DNA from: Vicugna vicugna
Taxonomy: Eukaryota
NCBI GenBank assembly: GCA_013265495.1
Contig: MU058198.1
Span: 1,500,419 to 1,564,418, forward strand
DNA: 64,000 nucleotides
Direction: 5' to 3'
The notes beneath the pieces were generated by a model that made no database searches, was not told the DNA's origin, and saw only the letters and a program-made list of their open reading frames with translations. Shown in pieces: positions 14,501-26,324 of this stretch. Every line of letters starts with the position of its first letter. Position 1 is the first letter of the stretch. A program made the translations under genes and the position numbers.

Positions 14501-15254
14501 AATCCTTTGTCACAGTTAAGGAAACAGACTCAAAGAGGGTCTGTAACTGGCCCAAGGACACACAGTAACTGGTGGCAGAGTCTAGACTGGAATCTAGAAC
14601 TGAGTCCAGAGATGGTCCCACCAGAAGAGAATCCCCAGATGGGTAAGCTACAGGGAGAACTAGAGACCCAGCCTTCGGGGAGTTAATCTGTAAGTGAACC
14701 CTAAGCAGCTGGTAAGCCCTCTGACGGTGGATCTGGGCTTCTCACTTTCACTGAGAAGCAACACACACAACATGACACTTGCCAGCTGACTCTCAAAGAC
14801 TGTCTGGATCGGCTGAAATAAATCTGTTGTTTCCTTCCCATAGACTCATGTGGTTTTGCCCAATTCACTGAACCTCAAGGCACACTGCCAATGATAAAAA
14901 TGTCTCCTGGATCAGTTTCCCACTTTTTGATCCAACAATATCCTAGCCACTGAGCCTCTGTCCCCACTGTTAGACTCACGCATGCTCTCTATGGTTTCAG
15001 GAGGAAGATTTTCCATCTCTGGGTTTTAGACCAGCTTTGGAAATAGGCTGGAAGTTTCCATCACGAGTTACTCCTGTACTTCCCAGGTACCCAGGGCAGG
15101 TTTTATTTTTAAGTGACAGATAACATGTCTACCTTGTGCCTAGCAATGTTTTATACACAGTGCCATACTTAACAGAAGGCAAAAATGATATCATTTCTGG
15201 CCCCTTGGGAGCTGCAAATCTATGTGAGTTTAGCCATATATGCATGTAGCTAAT

Positions 15255-15480
15255 AATAACTCGTTATTAAATGTTATTTATATACCAAGCAATGTGCCAT
15301 GTCTTTCAAATGCACTCTTATTGAATCCTCACAACTATTTCCTGTGATTATCCTCACCTAATACATGAAAGAAATGAGGCTTAGAGATGTTAAGTGGCTC
15401 ATCCAAGGTCAAGCAGCAAGTAGGTGGTAAAGTTCAAACTCAAACTCAGACTCTAGGCCGATGCTCTTAACCAATGTACA
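15255..15480 (-). mobile_element. MIR SINE
   Basis: AATCCTCACAAC...GAAATGAGGCTTAGAGATGTTAAGTGGCTCATCCAAGGTCA...TGCTCTTAACCA. Confidence 0.7.
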
Positions 15481-15773
15481 CCTGAATCTTTTTAAACTCC
15501 CAGTGAAAGGAAACATGATTTCTGTATCTGATTTCTTATTAAGTGAGTTCTTTTCTTGCATTAGAGTTCAAGAATACATAACACATTCTGGGAGTGCCAT
15601 TTCATCTTGATTGAGGGAAGAATTTGCTCCTTGTAATCTGAAGCTATGCAACTTGCACTCTTGACCAAAAAAAAAGTCATCAAATTAATAGTAAACGCAC
15701 TACTTATCATCCAAATCAACTTTAGGTAACCTTATTCCATTACTACTTACAGGACACAAAAGTGGACTATTAC

Positions 15774-16550
15774 TGTGGTATAATAAAAAATGTATTTGGT
15801 CTTTGTCCCCAGTTCCTACCATAGCTCCTAAAACCCTTGGAATTTCCTTACTGATAGGAGAGAACTTTGTTATTCATAGGGAGCAGGGTTTGGACCAAAC
15901 AGGATTTTAAGCTAACAAGGTGAGTCAGGATGGGCCCTTATGAGTTTCCAGAGAGGAGCTGGCCACACCAGAAAGATCAGGCACATGATCAGAAGGTTGG
16001 AACTTTCAGCCCCACCTCCAGGCCACAGGGAAGGGAGGGGTGGTTGGAGTTTAATCACCAATGCCAATGCTTTAATCAATTATGCCAAATAAAGGAATCT
16101 CAACTGAAATTGAAACAAGGCTAGGGGAGCTTCAGGGTTGGTGAGCACATCAGTGTGCTCGGAGGCTGACATGCCCAAAGGGGACATGGAAGTTCTGTGT
16201 CCCCAATTCAGATCTTGCCCTATGCATCTCTTCCATTTGACTGTTCCTGAGTTGTATCCTTGACAATGAAACTGTAATTATAAATATCATGCTTAACCAG
16301 CTCTATGAGTCATGTGTTTTAACAAGTTATCGAACCTGGGGGAAGGTGGTCATGGGAATCCCTGAATTTGTAGTCTGCCAGGCAGAAGCACAGGTAACTT
16401 GAGACAATCTGATATTTGTAGTTGGTACCTGAAGTGGGGCAATCTTGTGAAACTGACCATTAACCTGTGGGGTCTGCACAAACTCCAGGCAGTTGACATC
16501 AGAACTGAATTACTGGACATTCAGTTGTTGTCAGAGAATTGTTGCTGGAG
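15774..16550 (+). mobile_element. ERVL-class solo LTR, MER21-like
   Basis: Begins TGTGGTATAATAAAAAATGTATTTGGTCTTTGTCCCC...CTCCTAAAACCCTTGGAATTTCC; internal CTTGCCCTATGCATCTCTTCCATTTGACTGTTCCTGAGTTGTATCC. Confidence 0.75.
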
Positions 16551-19500
16551 GGAAATAACTTCAGGAAAAGAGGTCCACATTAAAACCAGCATAATTGAAA
16601 CCTAGAAGCCACCTCCCTTCTTGATCTAATCATTAAAGCTATAGCTGTCACCAACTCAGAGCAGTAGGAAACTTGGCCCTATGACAGATCCACAAGTACC
16701 TGGTAGAATAAAATTTCTTTTCAAAGACTAAAGAATTCATTTGACCTGCTAAAGACACCATGAAATGGTGTAAAAATATGAAGTCAAAATTTATTTTCTT
16801 TAATTTCTAATTTTAGTTGTGATTTATTTCACATCAATTCTAGTCCCCACAAGAGATTCATGAATTACCTCAATAGTTCACACGTAACTGCTCCCTTTGG
16901 GTAGTAGGCACTGTTAAATGACCATCACCACCACCCAGTATAATATACTTTAACCCTAACGCTAGTGGACCAGGGACATTACATTCCCATTTGTTTATCA
17001 ATTTCTCATTTGTCAAAAACAAAAGTCAAGAGACAGAAATCTCAAAAAAGACCAATACCACAAAAGCAGTCAATCACTATCAACTAGTCAATCTTGAAGA
17101 CCAGTCTGGTCAAACACTGCCTCCCTGCACTCACCCTGTCCCATCAGGAAAATGCTCAGGGAAGAGAGCACTGTGGTCAGGGCCGTTGTCAGGGCCACTG
17201 GATTACCCAACTCCATAGGTCCCCATCCCCCTCCTTATGAACGGTGCTTCCTGGCATTGGGCAATCTTGTGGGCCTGCTCTGTCCCGACCCACTCCTCCC
17301 CCCAGCAAGTGCCACTGTTAGCAACTTCCACCCCTTCCCAGCTGGACCACTGACGGGCGTCTCGCTTCACCTTGCAGGTACAGCCCAGAATACTACCACC
17401 ACCACCACCCTACACTCCCAAAGGCCTGCTCCCTTACATGTTCTCTTCCCCCACAACTGAACTCATCTATCTAATGCCTCTAGAAAGGTCTTTAGACTTT
17501 TCTCTTTCATAAAATGTTAGTAAACCGCCAAGCAAAATTCTCCTACCATAAACAGCAGCTGTAACCAACTGTTTTGAGTAAATGACTGGACAAGTGACTA
17601 GTTATTTCAAAGAAAAACTAATTTAGTAGAAGAAAAAGAACCATGGAAACATTCTTAAAAATGAACACAGAACACTGACTGTATCACTCCTCACTTCCGA
17701 ACAGCATTGCCACAACTGGGGAAACGCCCCTCTGAGGGCCTGGAACTTCTAGCACGTCCACACTTAGAATCCATGCTGCTAGGGTCCCAGGACCCTCTCT
17801 GCAGTGGTATTTCTAGCCTTACCCTCCTATTTAAAGAGCAGCCACTACGTAGTCATCAAGTAGATATAAAGTAAATGTTTCACTGAATACAAATTTGCTT
17901 CACAGATTGAAAAAAAAAAGGAATAGGGCCATTGTAATTATTTCCACAGAGCCATGCTAAGACTGTTCTGTCAGTGAATGTACCTGGATTTTCCTGCTCA
18001 GATTCCAGGGCAGGTTACTGGGAAGGGAGCAGTCAGTTCAGCTTTTTGCATAGGCATTCTCAACAGCATGTCCACTAGTTTATCTTAGGAACTCAGAGTG
18101 ATAAAGCCTCAGCTCTACTTAAAGTACTGTTACCACTTTCAAAAATATTCTGAGAAAAGATCATATACTATCTAGCACCATTACCCACCAATAACTTCAC
18201 CGTACTTATGTTTCAAAGCTGGTTATAAGGATTCTTCTTTGAAAGAACAGTAGTTTGTGACAAAACGTTTGATTAAAAAGCCAGAAATATAGAAAACCAA
18301 ACACCAAGAATTCAATTAAAACCAAAGTCTGAGTTCCTACCATTACATATTTGAGGCAGTGTAAATGAGAAAACAAAATTAGTGCAGAGAAGGGCCTAGT
18401 CTAGTCCCGTAGCTGCCAGTATCTTGCTCTGAAACTTTCAGCAAGTTTACTAATCTTTCTAGATTTCCATTTCCCTCGTGCTTTTCAGTCTGTTTTCAAC
18501 CTCCAACCATTTTGATCGACTGAAATCTTACGGGGAAACCCAGTATAAACGAATATTAAAGTAACTTTCGCAGGGTGAAGCATGGGGTGGAGGTGGGGCA
18601 TGAGATGGAATGAAGACAGCAAGATGAGGTTTTCCACCTCTACCACATGCATACTCTAGACATGACCCCTGAGAGGGCTCTGCATAGCCCAGTTTGAAGA
18701 ACCATCATGCCAGATATTGTAAGGTTTTTGAGGGTCTTTTTTTCTGCTTCTTCCTCAACTGGAGGAAGAAGAATTAAATGCATTCAATGTAGCAAATGCT
18801 GTGACTTGAGTCTTGTTCAGAATCAAAATTATAGGTCACACACAAACCCACTTTAGGCAAACACTGCAGAATCTAAACCTTTCATCATCCAACACGGGCT
18901 AAAAGTTATAACCAAACCTTGCCCAACAAGAGCTAAAAGCTATAACCAAACCTTGCTGTCTTAATATGGTGGAAGCAATCTACTAATAAAATAAGGGGGT
19001 AAGTCTTCCCGACACACCGTCTCCCAGACTGACCAGCAGAGACTGGGGCAATGTGTATAAAAGATGCTAAACACGCTCCAAAAATGAGAAGTCCTACACT
19101 ATGCAGTGCTGCTATCCAAGATCCTTGGTCAGTCATCGTATCTGGTCTGGATCTCCAAGCCTCAGTGACAGAACTACTTTCAGTCACCTAGGGCCTAAGG
19201 CTGAGCCCTCCAGCAGAGCAGGGAGGACAGGACCGGGGATGCTGCTGCCCAGCACTATGCAACAAGCTTCCATGATGCAATTCAGACTGAAACTCAACAA
19301 CATAGCACAGGTCAAAGGACAAGGCCAAGCCCTCAGGAAGGCAGGAGTCATCAACATGATGTCTACTTCTCTGTGTAATGAGGTGGCCCATTTTGCCACA
19401 AGGGCTAGTCACCACCTCAAGACTCCTTTACTGAGCTTCTCTATTCTGATGAATGGCATTTAAACAGTTTCATCTGCACACATCTTAAAGAAGAGGATTT

Positions 19501-20435
19501 GGCAACACCCGCCCCCTCTCCAATCTTCTCCTTTCTACCTATCACAACTTCAAAGAATTAGACTGAGCCACTTCCACTAAATTAATATATTAAGTTATTT
19601 GTAATCACTTACTAATTAAATGGTCAGGTGCTGTGATAATCTCCTTTTCCCCCCAAAAGAAACAGGGCCCTCCATCACCTAGAAAAACAGACACAAGAAC
19701 TAGTAAAATTGAACTTGAATTAAAAGACACTGACTCAATAAAACACCCTGGTCCATTGTGCAGAGAGCTTCAGAACACTGTTCCAACATTTAGGGAGAAT
19801 TGATCCTGGTTCACTGGTATCAACATCTGTAAATAGACACAAAGAGGTAACTGTAAGTTGTCAAGAGCTGGGAAAATAGGAGTTACCATATAATCACCTC
19901 AAAACAACTAACAGCCAGTGTACCATTCACTCTTATTGCAGCACTCTTACTGAAGCAAAATCAGATTAATTTTAAGTCATCTATTGCACACACAACTCCA
20001 AAACGAAGTGGCATCAACTGGTCTTCTAGATTGCTCATGTTTCAGAAGAGCTTGTCCAAAAGCCCCTAGAAGTTGAAGCAACAAATCCACTCGTTCCCTG
20101 GATTAATAAAAGGCCAGTTCAGCTGTGAGAATCTAAATTCACTTAAATTTGTGGATTCTTTCCCCAAATACAATTAGTAACCAATGTAGGAATCTATGAC
20201 TTCTTCCTGTATTCAAGTCTCCTCCCACCCATTGGCACCCCCACCTTCAGAAAGAAGAGCCACCAGTCTCCAAACTGGCTGATGGAATTTCAGCCTACAG
20301 GATATTTTCATACTTGAATTAAAATGAACTATAAAATGAAGATGAATAGTGGACAGCTTAATAATCCATTAGCTAGAGCATTTGAAATCCAGCATTAGGA
20401 TACAAAGTCCAAAATTCTTCAACTAGGCCAAAGCC

Positions 20436-20495
20436 GTGTGTGTGTGTGTGTGTGTGTGTGTGTATCTATATAGATAGATATATACATACATACAT
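20436..20495. repeat. (TG)n followed by (TAGA)/(TACA)n compound microsatellite
   Basis: Direct observation. Confidence 0.9.
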
Positions 20496-21799
20496 AAACC
20501 TATCAATTTTCCATTCCTTTGAGTTACTCTGCAGTATAAAGGGTGGAATCTATCGTTTGCCTGGTCCTAACTGTTCACTTGCATCTGCATTCAAATTGGA
20601 TTTCAGTAAGTTAGTACCAGGCTCAAGTCCCTCCCCTTCTTTACCCCCAGGACTACCCAGGAAAACTATTCAATTTACTTTTAATAATCCATCTACCCAT
20701 GCTAGTAAAGTACGAGAACCTAAAACAGTGACAAGTCCTCAATTTCTGATTCATTTTTCCCAAACACTAAAAGATTTTATTTAGCATTTCCAATGTTAAC
20801 TTTACTACAAATAGCCCAAGCAACATTTAAGTCTCTCAGTTGCCGAGCTCAAAGGACCAATTCACTCAAAGAACACACTAGTCACTGTTGCGGGGTTCAA
20901 AAGAAGAAAACAGCATATTCTTTCTGTTTTGGGCCATTGTGACATGGCTCAAGAGGGCCAAATCAAGGAGGAGTCCTGACTGGGCCTCTCAAGTGGACAA
21001 TCTGGTCAAGGTGAGGCTGAAAAGCAGCTGACTGCTGGAGATGAATGGCCCCAACAGAAGGCAAAAGTAGGTTACATCACTTGGTTACATGCTGGCCCAA
21101 AGATGCCAACAGAGTGGGATTGGGCCCACAATGGTCATTTATCTAATGTAATCCACTCAGTGAACTTCCAGCACCAACCTACACCTCAGCTGAGTGTTAT
21201 TAGTCATCAGGCAGACCAGACAAGAGTGGAAATATTGCAACATAAAACCTGCCTCCCTACGAGAAACAACTTCAAACTTAGATCCTGATGGTCATCTTTG
21301 TAGAGCCACAGCGGCGTATTATTATTACGTGCCCAAACTTCAACCCTAAATTCGCATACAGCTGGAAGCAAAGCAGGATTCATATACTAGAACATATTCA
21401 GGGTACTCATTATGCAATTTTAAAAAGCGTGTGAGACAAAACCCTGTAAAAGACATGCTCTCAATTGAACATCCCACTGAATTCTGAACACATGCCTTGA
21501 GATTCATCTGCCAGAAAAGACTCAGATGACCACTGCCTCCTCCTCTTCCACTCTCAGCAGGGTGACTTTTTTTTTTTACTATAACAGTCCAGCAGTACCC
21601 TCAAAATAGTATGTGCTAAGATTCTAGGAAAGGCAACAGAATTAATCAAAAAGGAACATCACTTTCTATTTCCTTCTCCTTCTTGCTCTCTGACCCAGAC
21701 TCTTCCCACTCTCTTCTTTGCTCACCAGGTTCTATTACTGCCTTCCCTACCCCATCCTCCCTCATCTCCCTCGCCTCCTCTCCACCCTCCCCTTTCTTC

Positions 21800-22170
21800 C
21801 CATTCCCTGGAACTTGCTAAACTCAGTCCAGCCAATTTCTGCACTAGCTAGTCCTTGAACTTGGAAGACTCTTCCCATATCTTTGCATGGCTGGCTCCTA
21901 TTTACTTAAAGCTCAGCTTAAGTGTCCCCCCACCCCGAGTAAGGTCTTGACTGTACCCCAGTCAGACACTTTCTGTCACATCACTCTTGTTTTCTTCAGC
22001 ACTTATCAAAATCTGATTTGCTTGTTTATCCGTCCCCACTCCTCACTCCAGTGTCAGCTCCACGAGAGCGTGGTCCTTATTGCTGTGTTCACCTCTGTAT
22101 GCCTACTGCCAAACACACTGGCTAGCAATTAGCAGTCAGTCAATAAATGTTTGTTGAATGAATGAATTTT
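21800..22170 (+). mobile_element. L2 3' end
   Basis: Ends CAATAAATGTTTGTTGAATGAATGAAT, the canonical L2 tail. Confidence 0.75.
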
Positions 22171-23876
22171 GGACTTTTTATTCATGATTCCAAATCAGTT
22201 AAGGTGAGAACAGTAGTCATTTTTTTTTCTTTTGCTGCATTTCTCTGAAACATCTAAACATGCTGTTACTTGTACAATCAAAGCATTAAATATTCTGTTT
22301 TATCAGGCCTGAAAGCCCTAATGAGTAGGATGGGACTCATGATAATTCTTCTGGCAATATGCATATAAACTAAGTTAACAGAGGCACATGATTTATGGAC
22401 ACTTCCTAATCAAAGGATCCCTAAAATCTGGGCACCGACACTTAAAGTTCTTCAGAAAACACAGTTTCAGACTCAACAGAGGATTTCCAAAGAAAATACC
22501 AACACCAAACTAGGAACCACCACATTTCATTCTGAAATCGTTGTGACAGGCTCAAGTAGTACTACTTTTTTCCTCCTTAAACCATCAGAATATCAACAGA
22601 GATCTTTTCCAATCATTCTTTGCTTTCTTCAAATAATTTTTTCACATCCACTATTGGTTTATATTCTTCCTTAAAACAAAACCAAGAAAATCACACTGTC
22701 TCATTTAAAATCACCAAACACAAAGAATCAGTTAAATAAATACGATGGAAATCAGAACAAGCCAAATGTGTCACTGAAGACTTGTGTGCCAGACACACAA
22801 ATGGAGAAAAAGATAAAAGAGCTATTGTCACTTGTAGAAACAAAAAAGTAATATGGGGTTTTCTGTTCTCCAAAGTGCAGCATGAAGTGTGGGTGGAGAG
22901 AAACACAGAAATCCATAATTAGCCTAACATCAAATCATTTTGGAAAGAGTTGACAACATTTAAATTCCTCATACATAAAAGTATTTAGAGCAAGAGACCT
23001 TGATTCCTGGGCTATGATGCCATTTAGGAATCCTTGCAAGGGCTTTGGAATTCAATATCCGTAAAAGAAAATGCTCACCTTCATCGGGAGCGACAAGGCA
23101 TTGAGAGGTGCTCCCAAAGAAACACAGCCTGTAACTTAAGTATTACAAAGCTTGTAGTTAAGATCTGGGATAGAGGCGGAATACCAAATTCAAAAGAGGT
23201 AACCAATGTACCAAGTGCCATAAAGGAAAAAAAACACCACGATTACCACCTAGACACGGAGAATTAAAGTGGAAAGGAGGGGTGTGCATGGAGGGAGGAT
23301 GGGGGGTAAGGGGGAATGGAAAAAAAACAATACATTTGTCACCCTGTCTCACTTCCTATACAGGATACAGGCAAAGCCTCCAGCCCCGTTACCTCGGGCA
23401 CAGATGGTTATCGTTTATAGCAAAGGTGCACAGGAAGGCCTCCGGGTCTGAGCCCCTTAATTCCAGGGCTGTTAATGATTAAAGAGAAGGATGGAGGTGG
23501 GGAGGGAAATGAGGGCGGAGGGAGCTGGAGATTCACCCACCACCTCCCGCCTGGGCTCCTACCTCACGGCGCTTACCAGGGGCAGAGGAACAGAGTCTGC
23601 ACCCCACTCCAGGGCAGCTCCGGTCCCCAGATCCCCAGGCCCTGGGTTGAGGGGTGCTGGCGGTGGGGAGGCAGGGACAGTAGGTAAGTTTTCTGAGACC
23701 TACGGCTGACACGCCACAGGCTCCCCTCACAGCCTCTTCCTCCAGAGGGACCAGTCCAGACAAGGCGCTGATTTCCACTCCTCCCCTTCCACCCCCTCTT
23801 TCTCGAAGGTACCCAACCCCCGCCCCTTCATCTCCCAATGCCTCCCCCTTTCCTCAACACCCCCCCTCAAACTCAC

Positions 23877-24090
23877 AGCTGCTCCAGAGGTTCCTCCAGT
23901 CAAACCCTTTCTGGAAACGACGGCGGCCCGGCGGGTCCAAACCACCTACCATCCCCGCTCGCGTTTCCAGGCTCCCTACCGCCGCCGCCGCCTCTTCTTC
24001 CACCACTGCCGCCGCCTCCTCTTCATCTGCGGCCCGCCGGCGGCGGCCGCCCCGAAGCCCCGCCCCCTCCATCGCCTCCTGCATCATCAC
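23877..24090 (-). other. DCUN1D3: Putative non-coding first exon of DCUN1D3 (5' boundary uncertain; coding exons would lie left of the window)
   Basis: Minus-strand donor GCT|GTGAGT (intron GT at 23876-23875) inside the CpG island. Gene identity rests only on the known head-to-head order DCUN1D3-LYRM1-DNAH3; no DCUN1D3 coding sequence is visible in 1-23876. Confidence 0.6.
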
Positions 24091-24097
24091 TTCCGGT
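24088..24097 (-). promoter_or_regulatory. ETS (GABPA/ELK-type) motif ACCGGAAGTG
   Basis: + strand reads CACTTCCGGT, a consensus ETS site. Such sites are typical of bidirectional CpG-island promoters. Confidence 0.65.
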
Positions 24098-24164
24098 AAC
24101 CCCGCAGGCCGCCCGCTTCAGGAGGCGGAATAGGAGAGGGGCAGGGAGGGAACGAGTGGCTAAT

Positions 24165-24178
24165 TGCGTCATGACGTA
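24165..24178. promoter_or_regulatory. Palindromic pair of CRE/ATF half-sites (TGCGTCATGACGTA)
   Basis: 10-bp perfect palindrome CGTCATGACG at 24167-24176, formed by CGTCA followed directly by TGACG. Confidence 0.5.
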
Positions 24179-24429
24179 TGCAAAGACGTACGAAGCCGTC
24201 GCCAAGTAAGGGCAAAGGCGTAGCGACGCGGAGGGAGGTCTCGGAGAAGATGGGCTGGACCATTTTTTTGGCTAGAATGGGGGGAGGAGAGCGAAAGCAG
24301 TAAAGGAAGGGAAAAGGAAAGGAAAAACTTGGCTATATTGTTGGGTATAAGGCGCGGGGTGGGCTAGAGTTTGAAGTTTAAGGGAGGCTCGCGCCTACAC
24401 CCGACCTGGGACTAACGCTCCCACAGAGG

Positions 24430-24577
24430 TCCGCCCGGTGGCGTGGTCCGGCCTGGCCTACCGGACCTGCCCGAGCTCCGTCGGCCGCGGCTCTGCTAGG
24501 CTCCCGGCGCCGCCTCCTCCCTGCCCGCCGTAGGCTGCGGCGCTTCTGTGGGTGGGGGAAGGCTGGACTGACGCAGA
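24430..24577 (+). other. LYRM1: Putative non-coding first exon of LYRM1 (start uncertain)
   Basis: GC-rich stretch ending in a good donor AGA|GTGAGT (GT at 24578-24579), followed by intronic G-runs. The LYRM1 ATG sits right at an acceptor, so an upstream non-coding exon is expected. Confidence 0.55.
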
Positions 24578-25029
24578 GTGAGTGTAGAGGATGGAGACGC
24601 TGACTCCTGGCGCGGGAGACTGGGGGGAAAGGGGTTGGCTCCCCAGGGGCAGGGATGGGGTGGGGGTAGGGGCGCGACGTTGCTAGGAGACGAGCCTGTG
24701 TGACCCCAGTCCCGCGAGGGCGGCTCGGTGTCACCGCCACTGGCCTCGGGAACCTGCCACGGAAGCGGCTCGAGGGCCAGGAAGGGGAGGCCTGGTTTGG
24801 GGTCCATCTGGGACTTCTCTGAATCCTTTGGACCTCCGAATGTGCAAATCCGGGGGCAAGAGGCGTCTAGCTGAGGAAGGTTGACCTAAGGCAGGATACT
24901 GAGACTGTGGAAAATGACAACCAGCTTCTTAATTCTCTTGGTCCGCAAAAGGCGTTGCTCAGTGATTTTTTTATTCGAGTCTGGGAGAAAGTTAAAAAGT
25001 AAATCAAAGAAATGCCTCAAAGATAGTAA

Positions 25030-25790
25030 TACCAGGTGAAGTGGTAGAAGATGGGGCAAGAGCCACTCTGAATTGGGTCAGGATGTTCAGAGGAGACCAG
25101 GTTTTGCAGAAAACCGAGAAAAGAGGGAAGCCAGGGAATGAGCTTTCTAGGTGGAGAAAAGATCCAACGGGAAGGGATCTGAGGAAGGAAACGCCAGGTA
25201 CCTGGAGCAGAAAGGAAAGAACTAGAGCCAGCGTGGTCTGTGATGGAGAAGTGGCAGCTTCTGATCAACCAGAGCCTTTTAGCCCAAGGGGAGGGTTTTA
25301 AGAAGGAGTGACCAGACCTGATTTATATTTTTAGAAAATCATTCTTAGTTACTGCATAGAGAAGGATAGAAGTATTCAGACCTATTAGGAAGCTGTTGCA
25401 GTAGGCAGAGGGAGACGTGACAGTGGAAATGGAGAGAATTAAATTCAGAGTTTATACTGCAAGTAGAGCTTGCAGGGCTTACTGCCAAATTGAATGTGAA
25501 GTGTATGGGAAAGGGAGAAACCAAGGATGACTCGTAAGAGAAAGCAATTTGAAAAGACTATTCTTTTGAACATACTAGTTTGAGGATGTCTATTAACCAT
25601 CCAGGTAAAGATGTGGAGAAGTTAGATATCTTAAGTCAGGGGAAAACTCAGAGAGAGAATAAATTTAGCAGTTTATTTCTAAATCACATAAAAAGAGGAT
25701 GCAGATGAAGAAGAGGGCCCCTAAACTCTTTGGGAGTCTTTACCTTTGGAGATGATCCAGAGAAGGAAAAGCTAGCAAAGGAGACTTAAC
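25030..25790 (-). mobile_element. L2 fragment
   Basis: Purine-rich GGAGGGTTTTAAGAAGGAGTGAC...TTTATATTTTTAGAAAATCATTC...AGGAAGCTGTTGCAGTA...CAAGGATGACTC. Confidence 0.6.
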
Positions 25791-26324
25791 ACAAACAAGG
25801 CCTTAAAAAAGGAGGACCCATAATATCCTAGAATAGTGGGACCTACCCTCATAATCAGCAAGACTCATCCTTAAGGCCTGGCCCAAATCTCTTCCCTCCT
25901 TTCCTCTTCCAGTTGGCCATGCTTTGGGACTCCTGCTTAGGTGATTTGTGTTCATTATAGCAAGCCTGACGTTGCTTGTTAATTATTTATAGGTTTGAGA
26001 CATTCTCACCACTCCCACCCCCAGAACTATTTCTTCTTTGTGCCCTGCTGGCTTCCAGTACAGAGCCTTGCCCATAGGGCCCAACATGTAGGAACACTGT
26101 GTCCATAATATATCAACCATGGACTTCAACAGCTTCTGACAAAGGGACATTTGTCCCTGCTGCTGCTGCTGCTACTACCTCCACCACTAGATATGGTTGA
26201 TCTTATAAAATAAAGGGTATCAGAAGAATCAGAAGGCTTGGGGTTCAATCCTGGATCTGCTACGGACTAGCAGAGTGGCCTTGGTTAAGGCCCTTTTCTC
26301 TGAGTTTAAGAGGTGGGCCTAGAT

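Larger units (their letters stand above)
23500..24800. promoter_or_regulatory. CpG island / bidirectional promoter shared by LYRM1 (+) and, by synteny, DCUN1D3 (-)
   Basis: Sharp rise in GC and CpG against an AT-rich, CpG-poor background. Contains GCC runs, GC boxes, an ETS motif and CRE half-sites, with candidate splice donors facing outward on both strands. Lies ~13.5 kb upstream of the first LYRM1 coding exon. Confidence 0.9.

Noticed and set aside
1..23400. DCUN1D3 coding exons
   Set aside because: I found no DCN1/PONY-domain or MGQC-type N-terminal peptide in the ORF track or by eye; the coding exons probably lie left of the window.
23838..24209. 123-aa proline-rich + strand ORF
   Set aside because: Explained by CCG/CCT low complexity in the CpG island, and its ATG context is weak (CCA ATG C).
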